NCBI GenBank assembly: GCA_965242865.1
Contig: CBDETK010000013.1
Coordinates: 5,408,001 to 5,472,000 of the forward strand
Length of the DNA stretch: 64,000 nt
Reading direction: 5' to 3'
From: Candidatus Latescibacterota bacterium
GTDB taxonomy: Bacteria; Latescibacterota; UBA2968; UBA8231
Part shown: piece after piece, positions 38,325 through 46,547 of the stretch
Layout: each line of letters begins with the position of its first letter
How positions within the stretch are numbered: the first letter of the stretch is position 1
The notes under the pieces: generated by a model
What the model saw: the letters and a program-made list of their open reading frames with translations, nothing else
What the model was told of the DNA's origin: nothing
Databases searched by the model: none
Translations under genes and position numbers: made by a program

Positions 38325-40259
38325 TCAGTACGCCACACCCATGCTGCCAGAGCGCGTGAGCGTCTCGCGTTCCGTGTGGACTTGGACGACGGCGAGGTAC
38401 AGCCCCGGCGGAACGACCTGCCCTCGGTCGTCGCGCCCGTCCCACGCCACGGCATAAGCGCCGCTGGTGCTCTCGGCGCTGAGGACGGTGCGCACGGGGC
38501 GACCGGCCAAATCGAAAATTTCAACGGCGACCGCGACCGGCTTCACCAACTGCAACAGGCTGTAGAGCAGTTCTACGTGGTCGTTGACGCCGTCGCCATT
38601 GGGGGTAAAGACCGGGTGGCTGACCGCCAAGGGAGACACGAGCTGGCTGGCCGAAGCCGCGGTCGTCAGCACCCGCAGGGCATTGGTCAGCACATCCGGG
38701 TGGGCGTCGCCGGGTTGCACCCGCTGGGGTACGCCGCCGTCTTCGGCCTGCGAGTCAAAGACTTCGGCCTCCACGGAGGTGCCTTGGATGAAAATCTGCG
38801 CGTCGAACACGGCGCGCATGCGGTGAATGCCGGGCGCTGGCCGCTGCGAGGAAAAGAAGATGGTCAGGCTGCCCGGCGCCACCTGCAAGCTGTCGGGGGT
38901 GACCTCGGCCCCGTCTTCGCCGGTGAAGAACCGCCGAAATACCGGCGTCGATTGGGGGGTGAGAATGCGCAGGGCGTCAAAGCCGGTGTCGGCCTCCCCG
39001 ATTTGGGCCACGACATCGTAGGCAAACGTCGTAAAGTCCCCGGCGGTCACAATGGGCACGTCGCCGGGGGGCCGGGGGACATCCAACTCGGAAATCTCGG
39101 CCACCAAGCGTTGGGCTACGGGCGGGATGGTGTGTTCGACGCGCAGCGACGAAAGCCGCAGGCCGTCGAGAATCGCGCCGCTTTCGATCCGCACCTCAAA
39201 CTGGAAGTAGCGCCTGGGGCTGGGCAGTTGGATGGGCTGGCCGGATTCCGTAAAGGGGGCGGACCACAGGCTCCAGTTGACTTGATCGTCGTCGACAGGG
39301 CCGCGCACGCCTTCGTCGAGGGCTCGGTACTCGGCTTCGGTGACGACCTGCCGCTCGCGGGTAAAGAGGTCCGTGTACTCGTAATAGACCCGGGGGTTGT
39401 CGTCTAGGCCGGTGCGCATCACCACCGTTAGCTCGGCGGCCGCGGCCGGTTCGACGACGAGCTCATCGCCGCGCTGGCGCAGCTTTTCCACCGTCCATTC
39501 GATGCGGCTGAAATTGGCCGGCTCCCCGAGGTCGATGACTTGGGATAGATAGGAGCCGGCCGGCGCAAAGCCCGAGCCGAAGAGCTGGAATTCGGCCAGT
39601 TCAAACGGGCTGGCCGAGGTGACTTCGAGCTCGATGTAGCGGACAAATTGCAGGGGAAAGTCGATCTGCGCGGTGTTCTCGCGGGTAAAGTCAACGCGCC
39701 TGATCGGGGTGTAGATCGGCTCGTCCCGCTCGTTGAAGCTGGCGCCGTCATTGACTTTGAGCACGTAGCCGCGGATGTAGTCTTCGCTGAACGGCCGCCC
39801 CTCGGAGCTGACGCCGGCCAAGCGCGGAAAAAACGCGATCCGATTGGCGGGAAACCGGGTCCCCAAATCAAAGAAAAACTTGGTGCCGTCTTGGGCGATG
39901 CCAAAGCGCTTAAACGCGAGGTGGGTAGAAGTCGTGTCGATGCCATCGACGATTTCCAATAGGGGGCGGACGACCGCGATGTTGTCCCAGATCAGGGCTT
40001 GGGCGCGCTCTTCCACGTAGCCAGCCGGAAACGCATCGGCCCAAGTCAGGCTCGGAATGACGTTGTCTTGAGAGGTAAAGGCCACGAGCTGGACGGCGCC
40101 CAGCACGTCGAAACTCATCGCGGTGGAGCGCTGCTCGTGTTCCCGCCAAGCGGCCCCTTCGTCGTCGCCCACCGTCCATTGGCGGACTTCGGCCGCGGCC
40201 GAGGATGCGGCGAGGGCCGCGGCGAGCGCTAGGCGAGAAATGGTGGTGTGCAATCCCAT
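38325..40259 (-). CDS. Secreted protein with C-terminal FlgD-Ig domain (paralog 2)
   Basis: Signal peptide AAA/E; SQVIDLG; WSLWS; FTPNGDGVND, WDGRDDRGQVVPPGLY, ends GVAY. Confidence 0.85.
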   Translation of the reverse strand: MGLHTTISRLALAAALAASSAAAEVRQWTVGDDEGAAWREHEQRSTAMSFDVLGAVQLVAFTSQDNVIPSLTWADAFPAGYVEERAQALIWDNIAVVRPLLEIVDGIDTTSTHLAFKRFGIAQDGTKFFFDLGTRFPANRIAFFPRLAGVSSEGRPFSEDYIRGYVLKVNDGASFNERDEPIYTPIRRVDFTRENTAQIDFPLQFVRYIELEVTSASPFELAEFQLFGSGFAPAGSYLSQVIDLGEPANFSRIEWTVEKLRQRGDELVVEPAAAAELTVVMRTGLDDNPRVYYEYTDLFTRERQVVTEAEYRALDEGVRGPVDDDQVNWSLWSAPFTESGQPIQLPSPRRYFQFEVRIESGAILDGLRLSSLRVEHTIPPVAQRLVAEISELDVPRPPGDVPIVTAGDFTTFAYDVVAQIGEADTGFDALRILTPQSTPVFRRFFTGEDGAEVTPDSLQVAPGSLTIFFSSQRPAPGIHRMRAVFDAQIFIQGTSVEAEVFDSQAEDGGVPQRVQPGDAHPDVLTNALRVLTTAASASQLVSPLAVSHPVFTPNGDGVNDHVELLYSLLQLVKPVAVAVEIFDLAGRPVRTVLSAESTSGAYAVAWDGRDDRGQVVPPGLYLAVVQVHTERETLTRSGSMGVAY

Positions 40260-40270
40260 GAGAATTCCAT

Positions 40271-40559
40271 TGATAGGCTACGGCACATGATAGGCTACAG
40301 CACATGATAGGCTACGGCACAGGGGCCGTAGCCTACGGTTCCTGTGCCTGTTTCCGTTTCCGTTTCCGTTTCCGTTTCTGTTTCTGTTTCCGTCCCCCCT
40401 ATTCTGCCGTCCTACCCCTGTTGTGGACGGCCCCCGTGCCGTTCAATCCGTCCCGCCCAACCCGTCCCGCCTACCCCGCGTCGTCCTAATCCGCGTCGTC
40501 CTAATCCGCGTCGTCCTACCCCGCGTCGTCCTACCCCGTCCCGCCTACCCCGCGTCGTC
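40271..40559. repeat. Composite intergenic repeat region (17-mer x3, two REP hairpins, hexamer x7, 15-mer x~6)
   Basis: tgataggctac(g/a)gcaca 40271-321; TAGGCTACGGC-acaggg-GCCGTAGCCTA; gtttc(c/t) 40350-391; GGACGGC-ccccgt-GCCGTTC; cta(cc/at)ccgcgtcgtc 40471-559. Confidence 0.88.
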
Positions 40560-40563
40560 CCAC

Positions 40564-42615
40564 CTAATAGGCCACGGCCACCGCCCCAAAACGCACCTCT
40601 CGACCCCGGTCAGTATTCGCCCCAATCCGCACCAGATACACGCCCGGTGCGACGAGTCGATTGGCTTCGTCGCGGCCATCCCAGCGCAGCGCGTGATACC
40701 CCGCGCCCTGCACCCCACCCGATAGACGCCGCACCGGCTGACCGGCCAAGGTCAGCAACTCAATTTCTACTTCAATCGCATCGAGGACGCTGAACAAGGT
40801 GTATTCAATGGCCACTTGGTCGTTGATGGCGTCGCCTTGGGGCGTAAAGACCGCCGGGGCGATTGCCACCTCAGACAACACGGCTTCTAGCGAGCCGGAA
40901 TGGACCAACACCCGCAACTGGTCCGTGCCCAATTCGCGGCTGGCATCGCCGCTTTCCACGCTTTGCGGCAGGGTATTGCCCTCCCGCGCAAAGACTTCGG
41001 CGCGCAGTTGGTCCGACGCGCCGTACACGGTCGTCTCCAGCCGCAACCGGAGCGCGTCGCTGGTGGCCGGCTCGATCCGCTGCGGCAAATAAATCGCCAA
41101 GTCGCCCCCTTCGTGGACGATGCTGTCGGGCGTCACGGCCGTTAGCGGCTCGCCCATTTCCAAGCCCAGCACCCGGCCGGCCGAGGGCAACCCCAAGCGC
41201 ACCGCGTCAAACCCCGGCTGGCCGGCGTCGGAAAACTCGGCCCGCAACCCGAGGACGAACTCGGTCGGCTCGCCCGCAGGCACTTGCGGCACTTTGCCGT
41301 CGGGGCGCAACTGGGCCACGGCCGCAACTTCGCCCAACACTTGGTCGGCCAACAGCGGGGAGGTTTCAATGGCGACCCAATCGAGGCGGGCAAACTCCCA
41401 CAAGGCTTGGGTCTCTAGCTGGATTTGTAGCTGAATATAGCGTCCCTTGGGTACGCGGGGCCGCTGGCCCGCAACCCGGATCGGCGGCGACCAGAAGCTC
41501 CAGTTGTTGGCATCGTCGGCGATGACGCCCTGCCAACCCACGGCCGGCGGGTCCCACGGCCACACGCGCGGCTTGAGCTTGGCGTAGGCGTCCTTTTCCA
41601 CTTCTACGGGCTGGCCTAAGTCGTTGTACGAGTGATAGGCGATGGGGCCGTCGTCCAACCCGGTCTTGATTTCGATGTTGACGCCGGCTTGGGCGTCGGG
41701 TGCTTCGACCAATTGGTCGCCAGCGCGCCGCCAAGTGCTCAAGCCAAAGTTCACCGCGCCGATGTTGATGAGCGCGCCCATGTCGATCACCTGCGATAGC
41801 CAGCGCGCCCGGGGGACAAACCCGCGGCCGTACACCTCTAGCTCGGCCAGCGCGTAGCGCGTGAACTTGGGCGGGGCGTCGGGCAGCACCCGCATGCGGA
41901 AGAAGCGCAGGTACTGGAGCGGAAAGTCGATCTCGATCACCGCGTCGAAGTTTTGCTCCACCTTGGCCAACGTCTGATCCAGCGGCAGGTAGTAATCCGT
42001 CTCCTGCGTACCGGCCACGCCCGAGCGGAATTGCGGGGGTTGTTGGGTTTCGACCGCGACTTTGTCGTTGGTCGCGGTCAGCTCGTAGGCTTCAAATTTG
42101 TAGTTGGGCCGGTACGGCTCTTGGAAGAAGGGGTCGTTGCCCTCGGGCGGCACCAACTTGAAGTGGTCGGCCGGAATCGGCATGCCCATGTCGAGCGTGT
42201 AGAACTCGCCCCAGATGCCCCCGAGGCCGCCGCTGCCCTGAAAGTCGCGCCCCTCGTAAAAGGTGTTGAGATCGCCGTCGATAAACTCCATGGGGTTGGA
42301 GACGTGCCCGGGCCGGGAGACATCGCCGATGGCCCGCCAGATGCGGGGCATGCCCTCTTGGTAGTTGATGTCAATGGGCTGCCGATAGCGCGTCCAGTGG
42401 CGCAGTTGGGTCACCACATTGACGTCGGGCTTGAGTTCGAGCGGTTGGATCGCGCCCGGGGTGGTGGCGTTATCGACCATCAGGTTGACCAGCGTCTGCT
42501 CCTCCCAATCGAGGCCATCGGCGCCGCCGAGGCGGAACTGCGACACTTGCGCTCCGGCCGGGCCGACTTGGGCGAGGGCCAGGTACGCCGCGAGCAAACA
42601 GAGCTTGGATTTCAT
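40564..42615 (-). CDS. Secreted protein with C-terminal FlgD-Ig domain (paralog 1)
   Basis: ATG 42615 with AGGAG; signal peptide AGA/Q; SQVIDMG; WSFWS; FTPQGDAIND, WDGRDEA..VAPGVY, ends AVAY. Confidence 0.85.
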   Translation of the reverse strand: MKSKLCLLAAYLALAQVGPAGAQVSQFRLGGADGLDWEEQTLVNLMVDNATTPGAIQPLELKPDVNVVTQLRHWTRYRQPIDINYQEGMPRIWRAIGDVSRPGHVSNPMEFIDGDLNTFYEGRDFQGSGGLGGIWGEFYTLDMGMPIPADHFKLVPPEGNDPFFQEPYRPNYKFEAYELTATNDKVAVETQQPPQFRSGVAGTQETDYYLPLDQTLAKVEQNFDAVIEIDFPLQYLRFFRMRVLPDAPPKFTRYALAELEVYGRGFVPRARWLSQVIDMGALINIGAVNFGLSTWRRAGDQLVEAPDAQAGVNIEIKTGLDDGPIAYHSYNDLGQPVEVEKDAYAKLKPRVWPWDPPAVGWQGVIADDANNWSFWSPPIRVAGQRPRVPKGRYIQLQIQLETQALWEFARLDWVAIETSPLLADQVLGEVAAVAQLRPDGKVPQVPAGEPTEFVLGLRAEFSDAGQPGFDAVRLGLPSAGRVLGLEMGEPLTAVTPDSIVHEGGDLAIYLPQRIEPATSDALRLRLETTVYGASDQLRAEVFAREGNTLPQSVESGDASRELGTDQLRVLVHSGSLEAVLSEVAIAPAVFTPQGDAINDQVAIEYTLFSVLDAIEVEIELLTLAGQPVRRLSGGVQGAGYHALRWDGRDEANRLVAPGVYLVRIGANTDRGREVRFGAVAVAY

Positions 42616-42711
42616 AAGGGATCTCCTAAAAAAAGAAGCGCGGACACAGGAAGATAACGCAAAACAGCCGGGGCCTGTCAATCAAAATTTAACGCCGGGG
42701 CCATGGGGTCG

Positions 42712-44661
42712 TCAGCCCCAGAATATCACGTTCCAAGTCATGCCGGTGAAGTGATCGATGATCAGATAGAAGCCTCCGGGCGTGAAGTAGCCGAGGATCA
42801 TCCCCATGAAAAAGGGCCGCGTCTTGAGGTAGAGCCGCACGCCGCCGTACTTGAGCACGAGGACCTTGACGCCCCAGGCGATGAACATGTTGAACCACAA
42901 GTGGTCCATGATCCAAATCGGCCCGATCACGTAGCCGAGCGGGTGCAGCGGCCACCAGACGTAGAGCCAGCGCGCGACCATCAACCCGGTCATAATGGCC
43001 GCGCCGATCCCCATATTGACCCAGCCCCAGCCGTAGAAGTCGGTTGGCGTGCGGAGGACTTTTTCGATGTAGTTGTAGTTGCCGCCGCTCCAGATCCACA
43101 GGTTGATCGCTCCGTATTTGTGGCTGAGCAGCATCACCATCCACACGGCCGCGCCCACGGCCACGACCAGCGCCAAGACGATGATCCAAAACAGGGGCCG
43201 GCGGTTGCGCCCCAATTCCTCGCCCAGCCGCAGGCTGTTGGCACAGGAGACCATGACGAAGTTGCGCCCGGTAGTCCACAAGAAGGTCGTGGCCAGCACG
43301 ACGAGCCCTTGGGCACCAATGACCGACGACCCCACCGCAGACACCAAAATTCCCGCGGGAACCACCGGCGGGGACCCGTCGGAAAGCCCGCCCTCGGCCA
43401 CCACCCGCGAATAGCCAAAGACGATGACCACGCCTAAGAAGAGAATGGCCAGCCCAAAGACCAGCGGCAGCCCGGCCAGCCACAACCAACCCACTATCGT
43501 CAGGGAAGAGACCGTCAATACGATCAGGGCGGCGCGGTAGGAGAGGATCTCGTCGCTGTCGTCAATGCTTTCGTCTCCTTTGAACGCCTTGCGCCACACG
43601 CCCGTTAGGTGCTTGCGCGCGGTCCAGATGCCGCCCAAAAAGAGCACGAGAATCGCGCCCATCGACTGGTAGGCCAAAAAGGGATCGCGCACGGCGTGAC
43701 CGGCCCCGCCGGTCTCGGTGCTGACCACGCCCAAAATGCCAAAGATGCCGCGCACCGCAAAAGAGAGCAGGTTGAAAAACCACAGGCTAAAGGCGATGTC
43801 GGTTTTGAGAAAGTAGAAGAAGCCGATGATGTTGAAGCGCAGCGCGATATACAAGGCGGCTGTGCGGCGAAAAACCGGCACGTCCATGCGCACGGGATCG
43901 ACGTCTTGGGCGATGGGGACGGTCTCGGGAAAGTAGTTGTACAACCCGTGCAAGGTGCCCCACAGCGCGGGGATGGCAAACCCGGCCCACATGACGGGGT
44001 TTTTGAAAAAGGGGCTTAGCTTTTGCCCGCCTTCGCCTTCCTCGGTCATGGCCAGCGGCACCTGCATCAGCGGATAGATCAGCCGCTCGTGCTCGATCCA
44101 CTGCTTGCGCAAGATCGCCATGAAGGAAATCATCATCAGGAAGAGGGCGCAGATAAAGGGCGTCCACATCCCGATGACGCCGCGCCACACGGCCCAAGGA
44201 ATGGGTTCGTCCCGTCCGCTGCCCTCGTAAAACTTGCGCACGGTCTCCAAGTCGTGGACCATCAGCCAGTCCGGGATGTAAGGATGGATCAGGTCGCGCC
44301 ACTCGTTTTCTGCGGTCGCGTAGTAGAAGGGGTAGCTCAGGGCACTGAGGAACTTGCCGACGAACAGGGTTGGGATCGGCGAGGCCATGACCATCATCAC
44401 ATAGACCACGAGCAGTTCGCGCCGATTGAGTCCTAGGTGCGGGTGGACGAGCTTGAGCAGGGGATTGATAAACAGGGTCAACAGGAAGAGGATGAACACC
44501 GCCCCCGGCATGCTCGTGCCCAGCGCCATAAAGGAGCCGTGTAGATAGAGGGTGCCGTAGGCGGCCCCGGCCGACACGCTAAAGGCCCCGGCGCATCCGA
44601 CCAGCACGGACTTGAGGGTAAAAGCCGGGCCGCCGGCTTCCCGCTCGGGTTTGCTAGGCAT
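42712..44661 (-). CDS. Polytopic membrane protein, DUF6785/DUF6784-like (putative transporter)
   Basis: Many TM helices; ELLVVY.MM, YYATAENEW, LRKQWIEHERLIYPL, RVVAEGG, WPLHPLGY, KYGG..LY...RPFF.G.ILG. Confidence 0.8.
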   Translation of the reverse strand: MPSKPEREAGGPAFTLKSVLVGCAGAFSVSAGAAYGTLYLHGSFMALGTSMPGAVFILFLLTLFINPLLKLVHPHLGLNRRELLVVYVMMVMASPIPTLFVGKFLSALSYPFYYATAENEWRDLIHPYIPDWLMVHDLETVRKFYEGSGRDEPIPWAVWRGVIGMWTPFICALFLMMISFMAILRKQWIEHERLIYPLMQVPLAMTEEGEGGQKLSPFFKNPVMWAGFAIPALWGTLHGLYNYFPETVPIAQDVDPVRMDVPVFRRTAALYIALRFNIIGFFYFLKTDIAFSLWFFNLLSFAVRGIFGILGVVSTETGGAGHAVRDPFLAYQSMGAILVLFLGGIWTARKHLTGVWRKAFKGDESIDDSDEILSYRAALIVLTVSSLTIVGWLWLAGLPLVFGLAILFLGVVIVFGYSRVVAEGGLSDGSPPVVPAGILVSAVGSSVIGAQGLVVLATTFLWTTGRNFVMVSCANSLRLGEELGRNRRPLFWIIVLALVVAVGAAVWMVMLLSHKYGAINLWIWSGGNYNYIEKVLRTPTDFYGWGWVNMGIGAAIMTGLMVARWLYVWWPLHPLGYVIGPIWIMDHLWFNMFIAWGVKVLVLKYGGVRLYLKTRPFFMGMILGYFTPGGFYLIIDHFTGMTWNVIFWG

Positions 44662-44682
44662 TCGCTCGCTCGCGCCGGAGAG

Positions 44683-45498
44683 TTAGCCGTAAAATTTGGC
44701 GACCAACTCGGCGGGTTTGCCGCGTACCGTGGCCGGGTCCAGCGCGTGGGCGCCAAAGACTACGGGAAAGGGTTGGCCGGTGTCGAGGGTGCGGGTCGCG
44801 GCGTCCATATAGGTCACGCTGAAGGCGCGGCGGGCCGACTCCGTGGCGTTGGTCCCGGAGCGATGGAGCAGGAAATTGTGCAGCAAAATGGCCTCCCCGG
44901 CCTCGGCTTCGAGATCGATTACTGCCTCGGGGGGCGCGTATTGGGCCTCTTGCTCGGCCGGGAGAAAGTGCCGCTCGTTGATGATGCCGTGTTGGTTGCT
45001 GCCCGGCACGATCTGCATGCAGCCCGTAGCAGTGGTCGCGTCGTCGAGGGCCGTCCACACGGTGACGATGGGGTTGGTGTCAATGCCCCAGCCAATCCCG
45101 ACGTCTTGATGCCAAGGCAATTCGCGGCGGAGTTCGGGCGGTTTGTTCATAAACATCGAGCGAAAGACCGAGACGGTCTCGCCGATGTAGCGGCGGGCGA
45201 TTTGGCGGAAGAGGGGGTGCTGGATATAGGCGAGGAAGAGCGGGTCTTGCTCTAGGTCGTCGATGCGCCGGTACGCGAGCGTCCGCACCTCGTTGCCCAT
45301 GGTGCGACGCACTTCGCCGCCTTTTTCGACGACCTGCAAGCGCATATTCTCGTAGCGGACGCGGCCCAGCATGATGTCGTCAATGCGCTGCTGCAAGGCG
45401 GCCAATTCCTCTGCGGACAGGACGTGGCCCAGCCGCACATAGCCTTGGGCGGCAAACTGCTCGCGGTGAACATCGTCAAAAGTGGCAAGGGCTTGCAT
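44683..45498 (-). CDS. Phytanoyl-CoA dioxygenase (PhyH) family 2OG-Fe(II) oxygenase
   Basis: F...GY, KPP, WHQD, TVWTALDDA...GCM..VPGS, LHRSG.N....RRA. Confidence 0.9.
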   Translation of the reverse strand: MQALATFDDVHREQFAAQGYVRLGHVLSAEELAALQQRIDDIMLGRVRYENMRLQVVEKGGEVRRTMGNEVRTLAYRRIDDLEQDPLFLAYIQHPLFRQIARRYIGETVSVFRSMFMNKPPELRRELPWHQDVGIGWGIDTNPIVTVWTALDDATTATGCMQIVPGSNQHGIINERHFLPAEQEAQYAPPEAVIDLEAEAGEAILLHNFLLHRSGTNATESARRAFSVTYMDAATRTLDTGQPFPVVFGAHALDPATVRGKPAELVAKFYG

Positions 45499-45595
45499 AA
45501 TGCGATCTCCTTTTGAGGGGGTATATAGAGGTTTATGGGCGATAGTGCTGCAAGCCGCTATTGGCTTCGCGTCCATCCTAGCTTCAAGGGACGGG

Positions 45596-45742
45596 CTACG
45601 TTTTTCGACTGCTTCTTTTTTTTGACGGCGATTTTTTCGGTGGCGGCGGCGGGGGTGGTTTCGGACTCGGCTTAGGCTGCCTCCCGCTTTGGGGTTGACG
45701 CCCTTCTTGCAGAGGTCTATTGCTACCTGTGTTCTTAGCCAT
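45596..45742 (-). CDS. Small basic proline-rich peptide (48 aa)
   Basis: ATG 45742 with AAGGAG; MAKNTGSNRPLQEGRQPQSGRQPKPSPKPPPPPPPKK; directly follows the DUF6338-like gene. Confidence 0.55.
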   Translation of the reverse strand: MAKNTGSNRPLQEGRQPQSGRQPKPSPKPPPPPPPKKSPSKKRSSRKT

Positions 45743-45788
45743 AACCGCGACTTCTCCTTTCATACAGAACTGTTTTGTCCGAGCTCGT

Positions 45789-46391
45789 CTAGTGAAAATC
45801 AATTCTATCGATACTGTCGGCCTTTAGCAGCAAGCCTTTTATCCGTTCATCCGGGACAGGCTCCTCTTGCCCTTCTACATACTCGCATACATTGCTGAGG
45901 TATAGGTCGCGCTCGGACGGGTCGGTAGAGGTAAAGCAATCGGAATCGTATAAAGCCACGATCTCCTTGCCGTCCTTCAAGTGAACCGTGATCCATTGCG
46001 ATTGGGCACGCATGAACTTCCAATCCCACGCCGACGGAATGCCGTGAACAGGTTCTAGCCTGATTTTTCGCAAAAGCCAGTACAACCACTCTTTTTGAAT
46101 CCCGTGTCCAACGAAAATCCCGATGACTACGGGGACCAAAACGACAACTACCGCCGACAACCAACTAACGTCCATGTCGCGGATGCGATGAGCTACGTCC
46201 AGTGCCGAACCCCAACCACATAAGGACCATACCACCACGTAATACGCGCTCGATACGGCCAAGCTGGCGGCGAAGGCCGGACGCCCTGTGGTGAAGCGAG
46301 AGATAATAAACAGAATGACATAGCCGGGCGTTAATAGGGCCGCTGTCACCAGCGGCACGATGGAAATGCTGATCGCAAAATCGGTATTCAT
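45789..46391 (-). CDS. DUF6338-like membrane protein
   Basis: PGY.I, three TM helices, PSAWDWKF...WITVHLKDG......STDPSERDLYL. Confidence 0.75.
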   Translation of the reverse strand: MNTDFAISISIVPLVTAALLTPGYVILFIISRFTTGRPAFAASLAVSSAYYVVVWSLCGWGSALDVAHRIRDMDVSWLSAVVVVLVPVVIGIFVGHGIQKEWLYWLLRKIRLEPVHGIPSAWDWKFMRAQSQWITVHLKDGKEIVALYDSDCFTSTDPSERDLYLSNVCEYVEGQEEPVPDERIKGLLLKADSIDRIDFH

Positions 46392-46547
46392 TTTGTTTTC
46401 CTCAATAAGCTAGTGCCGAAAACGGCTATCGACATTGCGCGTACGATGCAAGGGGCGGGTCGGCGGCTACCTCTGCTCAACGCCTTGGACGCTCGGTTCT
46501 AAGTATAGAATACACCTTTTGGGCGCGCTTGGGCAACGCCGCCGCGT

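Noticed and set aside
35989-39407. Long plus-strand ORFs (265, 491, 343 aa) and similar ones at 30266, 46728, 50244
   Set aside because: Antisense shadows of well-supported minus-strand genes in high-GC DNA; no recognisable motifs
40271-40559. CRISPR array or repetitive small protein (ORFs 40304, 40344, 40423)
   Set aside because: No unique spacers; ORFs are low-complexity translations of tandem repeats, antisense to the cluster
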